DNA of 63,940 bases, counting the filler, from Rhizaria sp. SCN 62-66 (taxonomy: Eukaryota), in the NCBI GenBank assembly GCA_001724265.1. It is 5 parts of 5 records of this genome, joined end to end, with 100 filler letters (N's around TTAATTAATTAA, not from the genome) between each part and the next. Parts side by side here need not be neighbours in the genome. Positions count along the whole stretch, not along the records: positions 42,009 to 55,791 come from MEDY01000519.1; positions 55,892 to 63,940 come from MEDY01000592.1; 3 more parts are not named here. One strand, written 5' to 3'. Positions 52,101 to 63,356 of the stretch are shown piece after piece (position 1 is the first letter of the stretch; each line of letters begins with the position of its first letter). Below the pieces are notes generated by a model. That model did no database searches. It was not told where the DNA came from and saw only the letters and a program-made list of their open reading frames with translations. A program made the translations under genes and the position numbers.

Positions 52101-55100
52101 CGTCTCGCAGTCCTCCTCGTCCTCATCTTCGTCGTCATCCTCGCGGTCGCTGGCGCTGGCGCTGGGGTTGAACACCAGCTCGCTCTCGTTGAGCATCCTC
52201 GACCGCGCTCTGGCGGCCACCGCGCCGCTGTCCAGCTCCGCGGGCGCGCACGCCGGCGCCGCCTACAGCGCCGGTCAGGGCGCCGGGGCCGACGGCGGGT
52301 CGCTGTCCCCGCGCCCCCACCACGGCGCGCAGCAGCAGCAGCTGACTCTGACCGGCAACGGCAGCGGCGAGCCCGCATCCCCCGGCCCCGTTTCGCAGTC
52401 CCAGCAGCAACAGCAGCAACAATCGCAGTCGCGTCGCTGGCGCCGCGGGGCGACCGTTGTCTCGATCCTGCGCCGCTGCGGCGCGCGCCCCCCCGCCCGC
52501 GCCTTCCCTGCGCCCTCGCCCGCGCTCGCGCTCGCGTCCACGCTGCCCCACGCCTCCGCCAACAGCAGCAGTAGCAGCGGCGGCGCGGCCGCGGCCTCGG
52601 CCTCCGCCGCCGCCGCGGCCGCCGCGGCCGCCGCGGCCGCCATGGTCGCCGCGGCGTCGACCGGCGTGACGGCGTGCCCGATCCCGCCCATGCCGAACGA
52701 CTGCGGCGCCTTCGCGCCCTCGAGCATCGCGCTCTTCGCCTCGGCCAGCGCGTCCGTCGCTGCGCTCGTCAGCCGCGGCAGCAGCGCCGCGCAGGGCGGC
52801 AGCAGCACTAGCGGCAGTGGCGCCTCGAGCGCCGGCAGCGCGGGCGCCAGCGCCAGCGCGTCGTACGCGGCTGCGTCCGCGACTGGCGGTTCCGCCGCCG
52901 GGTCCGGCGCGCCGCACTCGACGCCCGCGGCCGCTGCGACCGCTGCTGCGGCCGCCGCGACCGCCGCCGCGGCCGCCGCGACCGCGTCAAATGCGGCTGC
53001 CGACGACGAGCACAGCGCCACACACAGCACGGCCACGGCCGCCGCCGCCGCCGCCTCGGCCGCCGCCGCCGCCGCTGCCGCGGCCGCAGCGGCCGCGCAC
53101 CAGCAGCAGGCTTTCGTGCACCAGCAGCAGCTCTCGGGCGCCTGGGAGGCCGCGCACCTGCTCTTCTTCGCGCTGTTCCCGCCGCTGTCCTCACCGCTGA
53201 CGGGCGCCATCACGGCCGCGACGCCCGTGGCCGCGGCCGCCGCCGCCGCCGTCGTGGGCGCGCGCGCTACCCGCGCCGCGACGACCGCGGCCGCCGCGTC
53301 CGCCGCGTTGCACCACAATCTGCTCGCGGCCTCGGTCAACACGGCCGCCGCGGCGACTCTGGCTGCGCTGGCGCCGCCGCGCGGGCTGTCTGCGCACGCC
53401 GCCGCGCTCGCCGCGGCCCGCGCGCCGCCGCCGATGCTGCCGTTGGCGCCCGTGACCGTGCCGCGCCGGCACCGCATGTTCCTCGACGCGTACCGCGACC
53501 TGTCGCTGACGTTCGCAGCCGCGCACGCGCCGCTGTCGACGATAATCTACACGCCCAGCACCGCGCAGCAACAGAGTGCACAGTCGCAGATGCAGTCGCA
53601 GAGTGCGAGTGCGAACAGCGGCGTCAGCGTGACCGTGGTCGGCGAGGAGCAGACCGAGGCGATGTCGCTCTCGTCTGTTATCACCAACGTCGGCACCGAT
53701 GCCTCTGCCGCTGGCGGCGCTGCTGCTGCCGCTGGCGGCGCTGACGCCGGAGTGGCTGCTGCTCGCCGCCGCCCGCCTACGGTCACCATCGCCGGCAGCA
53801 GCGGCACGCTGACTGTCGGCTCAGGATCCATCGGCAGCAGCAGCGGCACTGCGCTGACGGCGGGTATCTACGGCGGCGGCGCCGGCTCGGCTGCGATCCC
53901 GCTCACGGTAACGCTGCCCACACCATCCTACACGGCGGCGGCGCTCGCGGCGGCCGCGGCCGCGCTGTCCGCTGTCGCCGAGGCCGCCGAGTCCAGCGCC
54001 AAAAGCAAGGCCGTGAGCAGTAACGTCGAGCACGTGTCGGACGCGGCGCTCGCGCTGGCGTCGGCCGCAGCGTCGCTGCCGCTGACGGCGTCCATCACGA
54101 TCCCCGTCCCGCCCACGCTGCTGCCGCCGCACGTCGCCAACTCGCTCGCTCACAGCCACGGCCACGGCCACGGCCACGGCCACGGTTACGGTCAGGGGAA
54201 CGCTGCCCACAGCAGCAGTGGGTCGGCGGCGACGCAGGGCCAGGGCCAGAGCCAGACCACTGGCAGCGCCGCACCGCACTCGCACTCTGGCGATACGCTC
54301 ACCCTTCCCCTGAGCGGCCCCAGCGCTGGCGCCGGCGCCGGTGCAGGCGCGAGCGCGAGCGCGAGCGCGAGCAAGACGGCCGCGAGCGTGTCGCTGGGCA
54401 GTCTGTTCAAGCCCTACCGGTCCTCGTCGGTGTCGCCCTCCGCGCAGCTCACGCTCGACGCCTGCTTCCCCTACGCATACGCGCCCTCGGTCACCGCGGG
54501 CGCCGCCGCTGCCGCCGCCGCCATGGGCGCCTCGTCGACCTCCGGCGGCCGCTTCGGCTCCGTCAACGGCTCCAACTCCTCCGCCACTGGTGCCGCCGCC
54601 GCCTCGACCTGCGCTGGCGCGGGCGGTCTGGGCGGGGGCGTGTACGTGCCACCGCGCGTCTTCTACACGCTCATGCCGCTGCCCGCCTCAGTCACCAGCC
54701 CCGGCGCCAGTGCCGCCACCGGCTCTGCGGCCACCGCGACCGCGGCCGCTGCGGCTGCAGCGGGCGTGTCCTCGAGCGGTGGCAACGCGCAGGCCTCGGC
54801 CTTGCCCCCCGCCGCCGCGCTGGCCGCTGCGGCCGCGGCCGCGAGCGCGACCGTGCCAGTTTCGACGCAGCTGCTTTCGTCGGCCTTCTTGACGCACACG
54901 GGGCCGCTGGTGCTCGCGGCCCTGGCCTCGGTCACCGACTCCACGGACTCGGCCGCCGCGGCCGCCGCCGCCGCGGCCGCCAACGCCGCCGCCTCCGCTG
55001 CTGCGGACGCTGACAGCGACGCCGCCTCTGCGGTGACCGAGAGTGTCACTGCGGCTGCGGCAGCTGCTGACGGCGCGCCGTCGCTGCTGCAGCGGCACCA

Positions 55101-55791
55101 GACTGCCGCGGGCGTGGGCTACGGCTCGTACCCGATCGCGTTCGGCAACACCGACTGCGAGCTGGCGGCGCCTTCGTCCATGGCCGCCGCCTTCACCGGG
55201 CCCTGGCACGCGCCGCTGCCCGCCGCGCTCGCCGCCATCGCGCCCCCCGCCGCCGCGGCGGCCGTGTCGCCGGCCCTCGCGCCGCTCGACGCGGCCGGCC
55301 CCGATACCGCGGCGCGCGCGGCGGCTGAGGTACCCAGCGCCATCGGCACCGCTTGCAACAGCGCCATCGCCGCGCTGTGCCTGCCGCCCGCGCCGGCCTT
55401 TGTCGCCGCCGCAGCCGCCGCAGCCGCCGCTGCCGCCGCAACCGCCGCGGCGACGACGCCCGCGCCCTCCTCGGCCGCCGCCGCTGCCGCCGCTGCCGCC
55501 GCTTCGGCCGCGGCGAGCGCCGGCCAGTCAGGCTCGACGGCCCTGGCTCTCGGCTCTGCCGCCGCGCCGGCCTCGGTCTCCGGCTCTGGCCCAGGCTCTG
55601 CCGCGGGCGCCGACGCCGACTCCGCGGCGACCGCGGACTACGCAGGCCCTTCGCTGCTGGACGACCGCTCCCTGGCGTCCCCCGCGGCGCACACCGGGGT
55701 CGTCTCTGCTGGCGCGGTCTCCACCGGCGCCGTCGCCGCCGCGGTCGCTGCCGCCGCTGCTGCCGCCTCCGCCGCCGCCGCGGCCGCCGCT
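43189..55791 (+). CDS. Giant low-complexity protein (>4200 aa, 3' partial) containing a dispersed, degenerate non-canonical poly(A) polymerase / PAP-OAS1 substrate-binding-type nucleotidyltransferase fold
   Basis: Collinear blocks: RPSRASVTAYHRSLL..GGQVYITGDLALKT (~46225-46344), PLELSLFL (~46840), TRLNLRASSLSSLSGTALFEAADGGIGRSHLLKQAYALAVLW (~49036-49161), GVPTSLVRTLLLYIFN..PLHALLALITTLATTDW..LTVAGPI (~50293-50445), MVDPLDGNNN (~51754). These resemble plant/protist NTP motifs QVFTFGSVPLKT, DIDL, HLFKRSIILIKAW, STYALETLVLYIF, FDW..SLWGPV and IDPLRENNNLG. Confidence 0.72.
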
Positions 55792-55891
55792 NNNNNNNNN
55801 NNNNNNNNNNNNNNNNNNNNNNNNNNNNNNNNNNNTTAATTAATTAANNNNNNNNNNNNNNNNNNNNNNNNNNNNNNNNNNNNNNNNNNNN
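55792..55891. other. Artificial contig linker
   Basis: N-run with TTAATTAATTAA. Confidence 0.97.
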
Positions 55892-55906
55892 TTCATGTGG
55901 TAATCC

Positions 55907-56007
55907 AGTGATGTTTATTGGGGATGGGGAGTCTGGCCGAGTGCCGCCACACCACAAACATGTGGGGGAAGAGGCTCAATCGGCCCAATTCGCGACCCCC
56001 GTGTCAA
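55907..56007. repeat. ~100-bp dispersed repeat, copy 2 (contig start)
   Basis: Near-identical to 2..102. Confidence 0.9.
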
Positions 56008-56570
56008 TGACTGCAACGGGCACCACTTTAACCGCCTCAGTCAATCGGCCTCGTTGTGTTTGTTCACGTACACGTAGTTTGATCGTAATTTTGCTTCTCC
56101 AGCTGTGATTTTGTATTGGCATGCTTGGTATTATTAGTGCGTTTTTGCGAATCCCGTATGAGGTTTGATAATTGCTTCCAGGAGCACGTTTTTGTTGTTC
56201 TCCACAGCCTCACTCCTATTCCTTGAGGCCCTTCAAACCTCATATTTGAGCATTATTGTGGTCACTTCCAACACATGTCCTCGATATATGCTGCAGGTGG
56301 GCGATGTTTCTATGTAATATATGACACGATACGGATAATCATGCCGTACATCTTTGTGTCAACGCGTTTTTGTTCACACACCCTCATCTCCCATCACACC
56401 CGTTTGTTTAGGTTGCACAACAACATTCTAGCCTCACGATTATCGAGTTTCGCGACGAATTGTTACCAAAGCTTTTTTGCTAGTTTCCTGTCACACAAGT
56501 ATCCATATTGGCGGACAAATCGCTGTTTTTCTGACCTGCCTGAGTCTCTCAGGGTGGCTCGTTCATTGGA

Positions 56571-59500
56571 ATGATTGTCTCGAAGAGCTCCAACTATGCA
56601 CTTCTCCTGACGTGTATTATTTTTGCTGCTCTGGGTATCACAGCTATCATCTATGCTGTATTTGTCTTTACTACATCAGAATCGCCAGGAGCAGTGAACC
56701 TGCAGAACAGCCTCAAACTGCCTAGCTCCGTTGTTCTCACCAAGATCCCACTTTTTTCGCGTGTGACAACGGGCACGGATGGTGACAGTACCGAATCAAC
56801 CTCTCCAGACATCGCGCCACCAGGCACGGGGTGGTCACCGGCGCAGGAGCGTGCTACTGTCGCCGCCTACACCGCAGACAGCGCTCTGGCCCGCGCCCGG
56901 GGGTTCTGGACCGCGCTGTCGGAGGAGGGCGGACCGCTGGACGCCACGCCGGGGCTATACCGGCCGCTAAGCTCGCGCTTTGTTCCCATGGCAGTGCCGC
57001 GCACTGTAACCGCGACCACTTCAGTGCGTGCATCAGCATCTGCTCAAGCCTCCACTGCAGGCTCAGGACCGAAAGCAGCTTCGGAGATCACGGCGTATGC
57101 TTCGTCGCAGCTGCTGACGATCGCGCGCGAGGCCCGCGCCCCGCTGCACTCTGCGCTGCCGTCTGGTCGCTTTTTTGACGCGCGCAACCGCGTGTCGCCG
57201 TTCGTCGCCGCCTACGGCCGCATGCTGCGCCGGCCCGTGTGCAAGTTCTGCTCTCCCCGCTCCCGTGGGCAAGGTCCCAGCTCTGCTAAGCGCGACAACG
57301 AGACGCCGTGGCAGTCTGTCTCGGGTGCACGGTATCCGTTGCAGGACTGTATGGATCCAATTGACCTTGTGTATACCTGGGTAAACGGGTCCGAGCCTGC
57401 GCAAGCACAGAAGCTGCAGGCGACGAGGGCGGCCGTTGAGAAGGCTGAGGCCGCGGCTGCGGCTGCGTCACAGGCTGCGGCCGATGATGCGGCCGACACC
57501 GCCGCTGCCAACGATGCCGAAAATGGTCGCAGTGTTATCAACGAAACTGATTCTTCACCTTTGCTTAGAACAGTTACAGACATCAAATTGACGACAAAGT
57601 CAGATATCAATGTCGGCGTTGGATCACTGCAAGCAACAGCTGAGAAGCAAACTAAGGTGATGACGAGAGTGCCTTTTAGTGCGTATGCCCCCCGCACGAA
57701 GTTTGGAGTTTTGGCTGCGAACGCGAATGCGGCTGATGGAGGAAGTCTAAACGACGCGGCTGTCGACCATCGCCGGTTTCGCACTCTTAATGAGCTTAAA
57801 TACTCTCTCCGCGCCACCCTTGCCAACGCGCCTTGGATTCGCCACGTGTTTATCGTAACTGGAGACCAGACTCCGTCGTGGGCTGAGCCGCGCGCTCTGA
57901 TGGCGAGCGTTGCTGGAGCGCACGCGAGCGTGAACGCAACGCTTGCATCGTTCCTTCCCGCGCTTAAAGCCGCGACTGATAATGGATCTAGTAAGACTCT
58001 GGCTGATGTTGATGCTGCATCTAACTTGGGTGACACACGGATTAATGGGATCACCCCTGGACTTACTCGACAAGACATTTTAAAGTATCTTGAAGCAGAG
58101 GATCATCTCGTCGACGGGTTTAACTCAAATCAGAAATTTACCATTGTTTCGCATTCGGAAATCTTTTTAACTCCAGGCTTATCAATGCCTATCTTTAACT
58201 CCAATGGCATTGAAACGGCCCTACACCGCATTCCAGGTTTGTCAGATACGTTTCTATACGCAAATGACGACGTGTTTATTGCAAAGTCTTCACCGCAGTC
58301 GTTTTTCCATGAAAATGCGTTTGGTCAAGCGATACGTTACGCGTCATATCCTCTTCAGACCTGCGCACCTGACTGTGCACTGACCATGGTTGGCGACGGT
58401 GTGTGTAATCCACAGTGCTACAGCGCTCTATGCCACTTCGATCTTGGTGATTGTGAGCGCAATTATATCACCGCTCCATCTGAAGCAGTTGCATACGCTG
58501 CGCTTTTGAGCTTTGCCACGACGTTTGCAACGGATAGTTTGATCTCAAGATCAATGACTTTTTTCCACAGTACTGATAGTCGATCTGTGAACAAACGCGG
58601 CAACGATGAGAGCACAGGTGATGGCTCATTTAGCAACATTTCGAGCGGCAAAGTTTTCAGCTCGTTCACCTCTCGTGTGTCGAGTTTTATTGACGAAAAT
58701 CGCCTCCGCGAGATCAGCAGTCAGGGAGTCTCTCGTCAGTCGAATCGTGTGTCGCGCGATGCTAAGTCTTCATCTGTCGGAACTCCATTTATTCTGTCTT
58801 TATTCGAGTCCACCGAAGCATACACGACTGCGGTCGCTGCAAACAGTGTGAGCGTCAGCCCTGTGCTCGCGACGCTTGCGCGCACGTTAAGTTCGATTGT
58901 TGCGAGGAACAATACGAGGTTCAACACTAGCACAAGCTCTAGTTCGACTGCTAGCGCAACCGACTCAGTGCCGGAGTCATGCGCGCCTGGATGTCCAGTC
59001 ACATGGCTTAACGACGGCGTCTGTGACAATGCGTGCGACACGGAGGCTTGCGAGTGGGATCGCGGCGACTGCGACGTGCGTTCCACAACTTTGTCAGCAG
59101 CCAACCAGCGCGCGCGCTACTACCGACTGCTCGCGAAGCAAGCGCGCGCACAGGCCGCGGTTGGCGGTGCAGCGGAATCTCTCCTCGCGCGTCTGACTGC
59201 CCCGCCTGAAGCCTTTGCACTGTCTGCTGCGGACCTTGATGCGGCGACTGCTGCGATTATGGCCGCACAACGGCGCCGCGAAAACGTCGACTTGCGCGAC
59301 CGGAGCTCTGGCATCGGCTCACGGTGCGTAAGTGCGCGCACGTGCACGAGCATTGCTCTGTCTCTTGCAAACACGACATTTTCCCCCGCTGCGCTTCCGT
59401 TGGAGATGACAGACGATGACGTCATTTCTTCAGCGGCGGACGAGGCTGCGATTGCTGCTGTCGCAGCAGCGCGCGAAAGCCAAGCATCAGCAACTTCGAA

Positions 59501-61007
59501 CGTCAAAAACAAACCACAGGTTGATTCTAAGCCATCTTAGTTCCTTGCGTCATTATTACCCAGTTCGGCATTAATAATCTATAACCGACACCTTACTTTC
59601 ACAACCCGCACCTGGCTTGCACAGTCATTCTGGCAGCGCCCTGTCGGCTTTCGCCATGAACACGATCACGGCTACATCTTACCCCCAGAAGATGAGACCA
59701 CTGTCGACGCTACCGCATCCGCTATCGAGGCGAGTGAACAGGAGACCCCCTCACAGTCTGAATCAGACTCCGAATCTAAACATGAGACTACCTCTCCGTT
59801 TACGTACGAGTCGTTGTTGTTGTCGTCTGATTTTGTGCCTTTGACATCGTCACGCGCGCGCATTGCTCGTGCGTCTGCTCCTGTGATGCAGCAAGCATGG
59901 AGTCGTCGTGTGCGCAGTGCCGGCCGCGCCTTACCGATTGCGCCTTTGTCTCAATTTCAAGAGGCGTACTCCGCCTATATTGCACAAAATATGATCAACT
60001 CACTAAAAGCAACAGGCTTTGCGATTACTTCACCGCCCCTCCACTCAACTACATCTACTAACAGGCACGTTGTCGCTCACATTCACGCATTGCTTCCTGA
60101 GGAGTTTCTTAAAACAGAGCAAACGCCGCTGCGACGCTTGTTGGACGCGCAATTCACCGCTCTTATTATCCCATTTCATTACACCGCGCGTCACGGCTCG
60201 CTCGCCACGCTTGCTGAGGCCATGTTTTCAGACTTTGATTGGGATTGCAGCGGTCAACTTGAGGGCGACGAAGTGCGAGCTTTCTTGCAAGCGCTCTCAG
60301 CGCCAGCTCCTGAGCTTCCGCGGGAGTATTCGGACTGGAAAGATGATAACCCACGTTTTCCGTTTGCCGCCCCGTTTGCGCTTGACCGCAGGAGCTTTGG
60401 TGACAATAACTTAAGTACCGAAGAGCCAAGGGGTGAGCAAACAAAGAACGTGACGGGGCGTGCTTATGTCACTGAGATGTTGCCTGATGTTGTTCCAGAT
60501 ATGAACTTAGGCGACGGAGACACAATGCGTGCGCGCTTCCTGGGTGCTGCTTCCACTGTGTACGCGGCTAATGGTGCCCCAGCGGCGTCTTTATGCGATG
60601 ACAGATGTGATGCACTGATGCGGACGCAGCCGTGGAGTATGCGTAAACTCGACAGCGACAGCGTTTTGAAAGCGATTGTTTCTATGACTCTTGATGAGTT
60701 TGTGTCGTGGGACACTGCACTTGCTTTGTTGCAGCAACAGCACCTTCGATGGCGCTCTATGTACCCAACGTACCGCGAACCGCAAGACTTTCGTTTTCAC
60801 CCTCTTGGGCGGAAGAGCTCTACACTTGACAAGTTTCGACATGAGCTGCGCGTAGTCGCAGCATTTTTCGCTAGGCCTGAGCGCAATACGTTGTTGTGCA
60901 TCAACGATGACATGAGTAACAGCGAGGATGAACTGCTGGAAGCCTTCGCGACAACGCTCGACTACCAACTGCCGGCCAAGACTATGCTTGAGGATGACAG
61001 TCTCTAA
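56571..61007 (+). CDS. GNPTAB: Stealth-family GlcNAc-1-phosphotransferase alpha/beta-like protein (~1478 aa) with one in-frame TAG (59538-59540)
   Basis: N-terminal TM; CR1 PIDLVYTWVNGS; CR2 NELKYSLR..APWIRHVFIVT and FNSNGIETALHRIPGLSDTFLYANDD; two LNR/Notch repeats. After the TAG, in the same frame: CR3-like RHVVAHIH, EF-hand DWDCSGQLEGDE and CR4 LLCINDD. Stop TAA. Confidence 0.85.
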
Positions 61008-61883
61008 AACAGGATTTCATGTGATCATCACATGTTCTTCAACTCATCCTTCATGTTAGGATTTGATGTCTATTACATTGTACATGTACTTTTATTTGGT
61101 CTGTATATATTTTTTTGCTCTTAATTCTTAACTTTCAAGTACTACGTAATAAACTTCTGAGTCGCGTCCTCAACTGTTATCTGAATGACTGAAACCATTA
61201 TGTGTTTTCTTTGCCAGGACATAGTGACCATCCAGAGACAATCAGCGACCGGATGAGACTGGGTTAGCCGGTGGCTCTTGAGGTAGCCAATAAGATAGAG
61301 CTTGCGCGCTAAAAGAGAGATCATTGTCGCGGACTCTGCATGCCGACACATTATCAACTCATGGCTGCTGTACAGAACGGTTGGATCTCGTCATAGATCG
61401 CGGCCACGCCGTCGGGGTGCAGCGGCGAGCGCGACGACACCCAGGAGTCACAAAGTGTACTATTGCGGTTGGTGAACAACAATGTTTTAAACACACGCGT
61501 ACCAAGTAGAGATGTGCCTTGCTTGAACGAGAGATGTACAAGAGCGGGACCGTGTGTGCAGCCATCGCCGCTGAGCGACGAATTGCCGGCTTCGGAAGCG
61601 AGACAGGAGGGGAACGAAGGTAATGGTGTTTATTTGCAATGGATCCGACATAGGTGGTACTTACATGGTCAGAACCAAAGGAGCACTCACCAAACGACGA
61701 GACAAAATGCTCAGGCAATACGTTTCGCTCATCATACGGAACGACTGAGGTCCTTCACTTTGTGCTCAAAGCGATCCGACGTATCGGGAAGATTAACTTG
61801 CACAAAAGGGAATACGTAAACTATTATATATATTGTGCGCTATATATCAGGTGACTAAGGTGTGATATTTCCGAGAAATGTTA

Positions 61884-63356
61884 TCAATTCCCCGTTTGAC
61901 AAAGATCATCTAGACTGACGCCGTCAATCTTGTCTTGCCTCCAGACAATCTCCATCTTGTTTTTGAACATTATGTGCTCGTTCTACATCAGCCGTTGCTT
62001 TCGTTTCAGTTCCGCAGCAGTGAAGGGCTTGATGTGGAGCGAACCGTCAGTCCACAGCCCCAGCGACTCTAGCGACGGCAGCGCGCCGTAGAGCCGCGCC
62101 TCGGTCAGCGCCGTGCTCTCGAGCCCGTTCGTGCCAGGCCGGTACGCCATCGAGTCCAGGCTCGCAGTGACCCAGTGGAACGCGCCAAGCTGCGGCAACG
62201 GCGCATAACGCAAAATCGTCGCATTTACTTTGCTGTATCCATCAGCTGAATAGGGCGAGACCGCGTTCACGCGCAAGACCATGTCAAAGTATGCTTTGCG
62301 GTTGTTGCTTGCAGAGGGCGTGACAGTTTGCTTCTTGTCGGGGCGCGAGTGGTCTTCTTGGGCATATAGCCCAACCTTAGGGAGCAAACGGCGGAATCCG
62401 CTGTGGCGATAGGCGCGGTGATAAATGACGTTATCCTCGCCACCCCAGCCCCAGAAGTTGTTTGCGAAACCGTCGATAGCCCTGTACATCGCCACTGACA
62501 TCGCGAATACGCCACCAAAATGGCTTCCGCTGGTGCCATACTAGTCAACAGTTTTGGGGGCGGAGCACATGTGCACAGGCAGACCATCAACGCCGAGGTC
62601 ATAGGTGTTGTTGAGACTGAGCGGATACAGATCAGCATCATGTGCGACCACGTAGTCGTAGCCCCAGGACTCCGCCACACGAACGCCGAGATTCAACAAG
62701 TAGCCCTTGTTAAACGCGACGTCCTGGTCGTGCATTTCGATCACCAGCATCGCGTAGTCACGGCCAGGAACCTTACGAACAGCGCGCAGATGCTTGTCAA
62801 GCTTCTCGACCAGCAGGAGGATTTGTACTGAGCGCTCACGGAGTGTGTTGAAAGCATGCTCACGAAACGGGACAACAAGGAGCATCTTACCACCCACATT
62901 CGTAGCATTCTCAGTACCCTTGTGTGCTTTGATAACGTCGGGGTGGAACGGGGACAGTTCCGATGCCCATTCAGGCAGATCGAGGTCGGCGAGAGTGAGC
63001 TTGCGGTCGGCGAAGGGCGCTGTCTTAAAGATGCGCGTTGCGTTAGTGAGGTACTCACGCTGCGTGGCGGTGATGTTGGCAGTCATAGAAGGCGTTAGGC
63101 GGACAGCGCTCTCGAGAAGCGTGGCAGTGAAGGGAAATATGGCTTTGGCGGGATAGGCTGAGGGCGCGGTAAGGTTGTAGTTGAGCTACAGTAAAGCAAA
63201 GTTTGCGCTCTTGACGACAAAGAAGATCGTCAGAAGAACCACGGATGAAAAGATGCTCCCTATGATGAATGAGGAAGGTCGTTTGTAGCAACATCCTTGC
63301 TGGTTCGCGTCCGCGAAGTAGAAGGCATCTGTGAAAAGTACGTCCTTCGAGGACAT
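61884..63356 (-). CDS. GT7 beta-1,4-galactosyltransferase-family type II membrane protein (~490 aa) with three in-frame TAG codons (63186, 62541, 61983)
   Basis: ATG 63356 (MSSKDVLF..), signal anchor FIIGSIFSSVVLLTIFFVV, then VVPFRE, FNKGYLLNLG, HDADLYP, FGGV, GFANNFWGWGGED, all in one frame broken only by TAG. First non-TAG stop is TGA at 61884-61886. Confidence 0.88.

Noticed and set aside
558-55847. Hundreds of overlapping or antisense ORFs (e.g. 2056..3978, 46777..48843, 49156..51420)
   Set aside because: Shadow frames expected in very GC-rich, stop-poor coding DNA; no recognisable motifs.
13956-55891. TTAATTAATTAA palindromes at ~14-kb spacing, and gene neighbourhoods across them
   Set aside because: Identical 100-nt N-padded linkers separating contigs of descending length. 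This is an assembly artefact, so no synteny can be inferred across them.
61658-61668. TACTTACATGG resembling the U1 snRNA 5' end
   Set aside because: Short imperfect match; no U1 stem-loops or Sm site recognised downstream.
19108-63188. Pyrrolysine/selenocysteine insertion or A-to-I editing to Trp at TAG
   Set aside because: Sec uses UGA and Pyl is not known in eukaryotes. The TAGs lie at non-catalytic, often low-complexity sites where Trp is unlikely. Editing cannot be formally excluded without RNA data.
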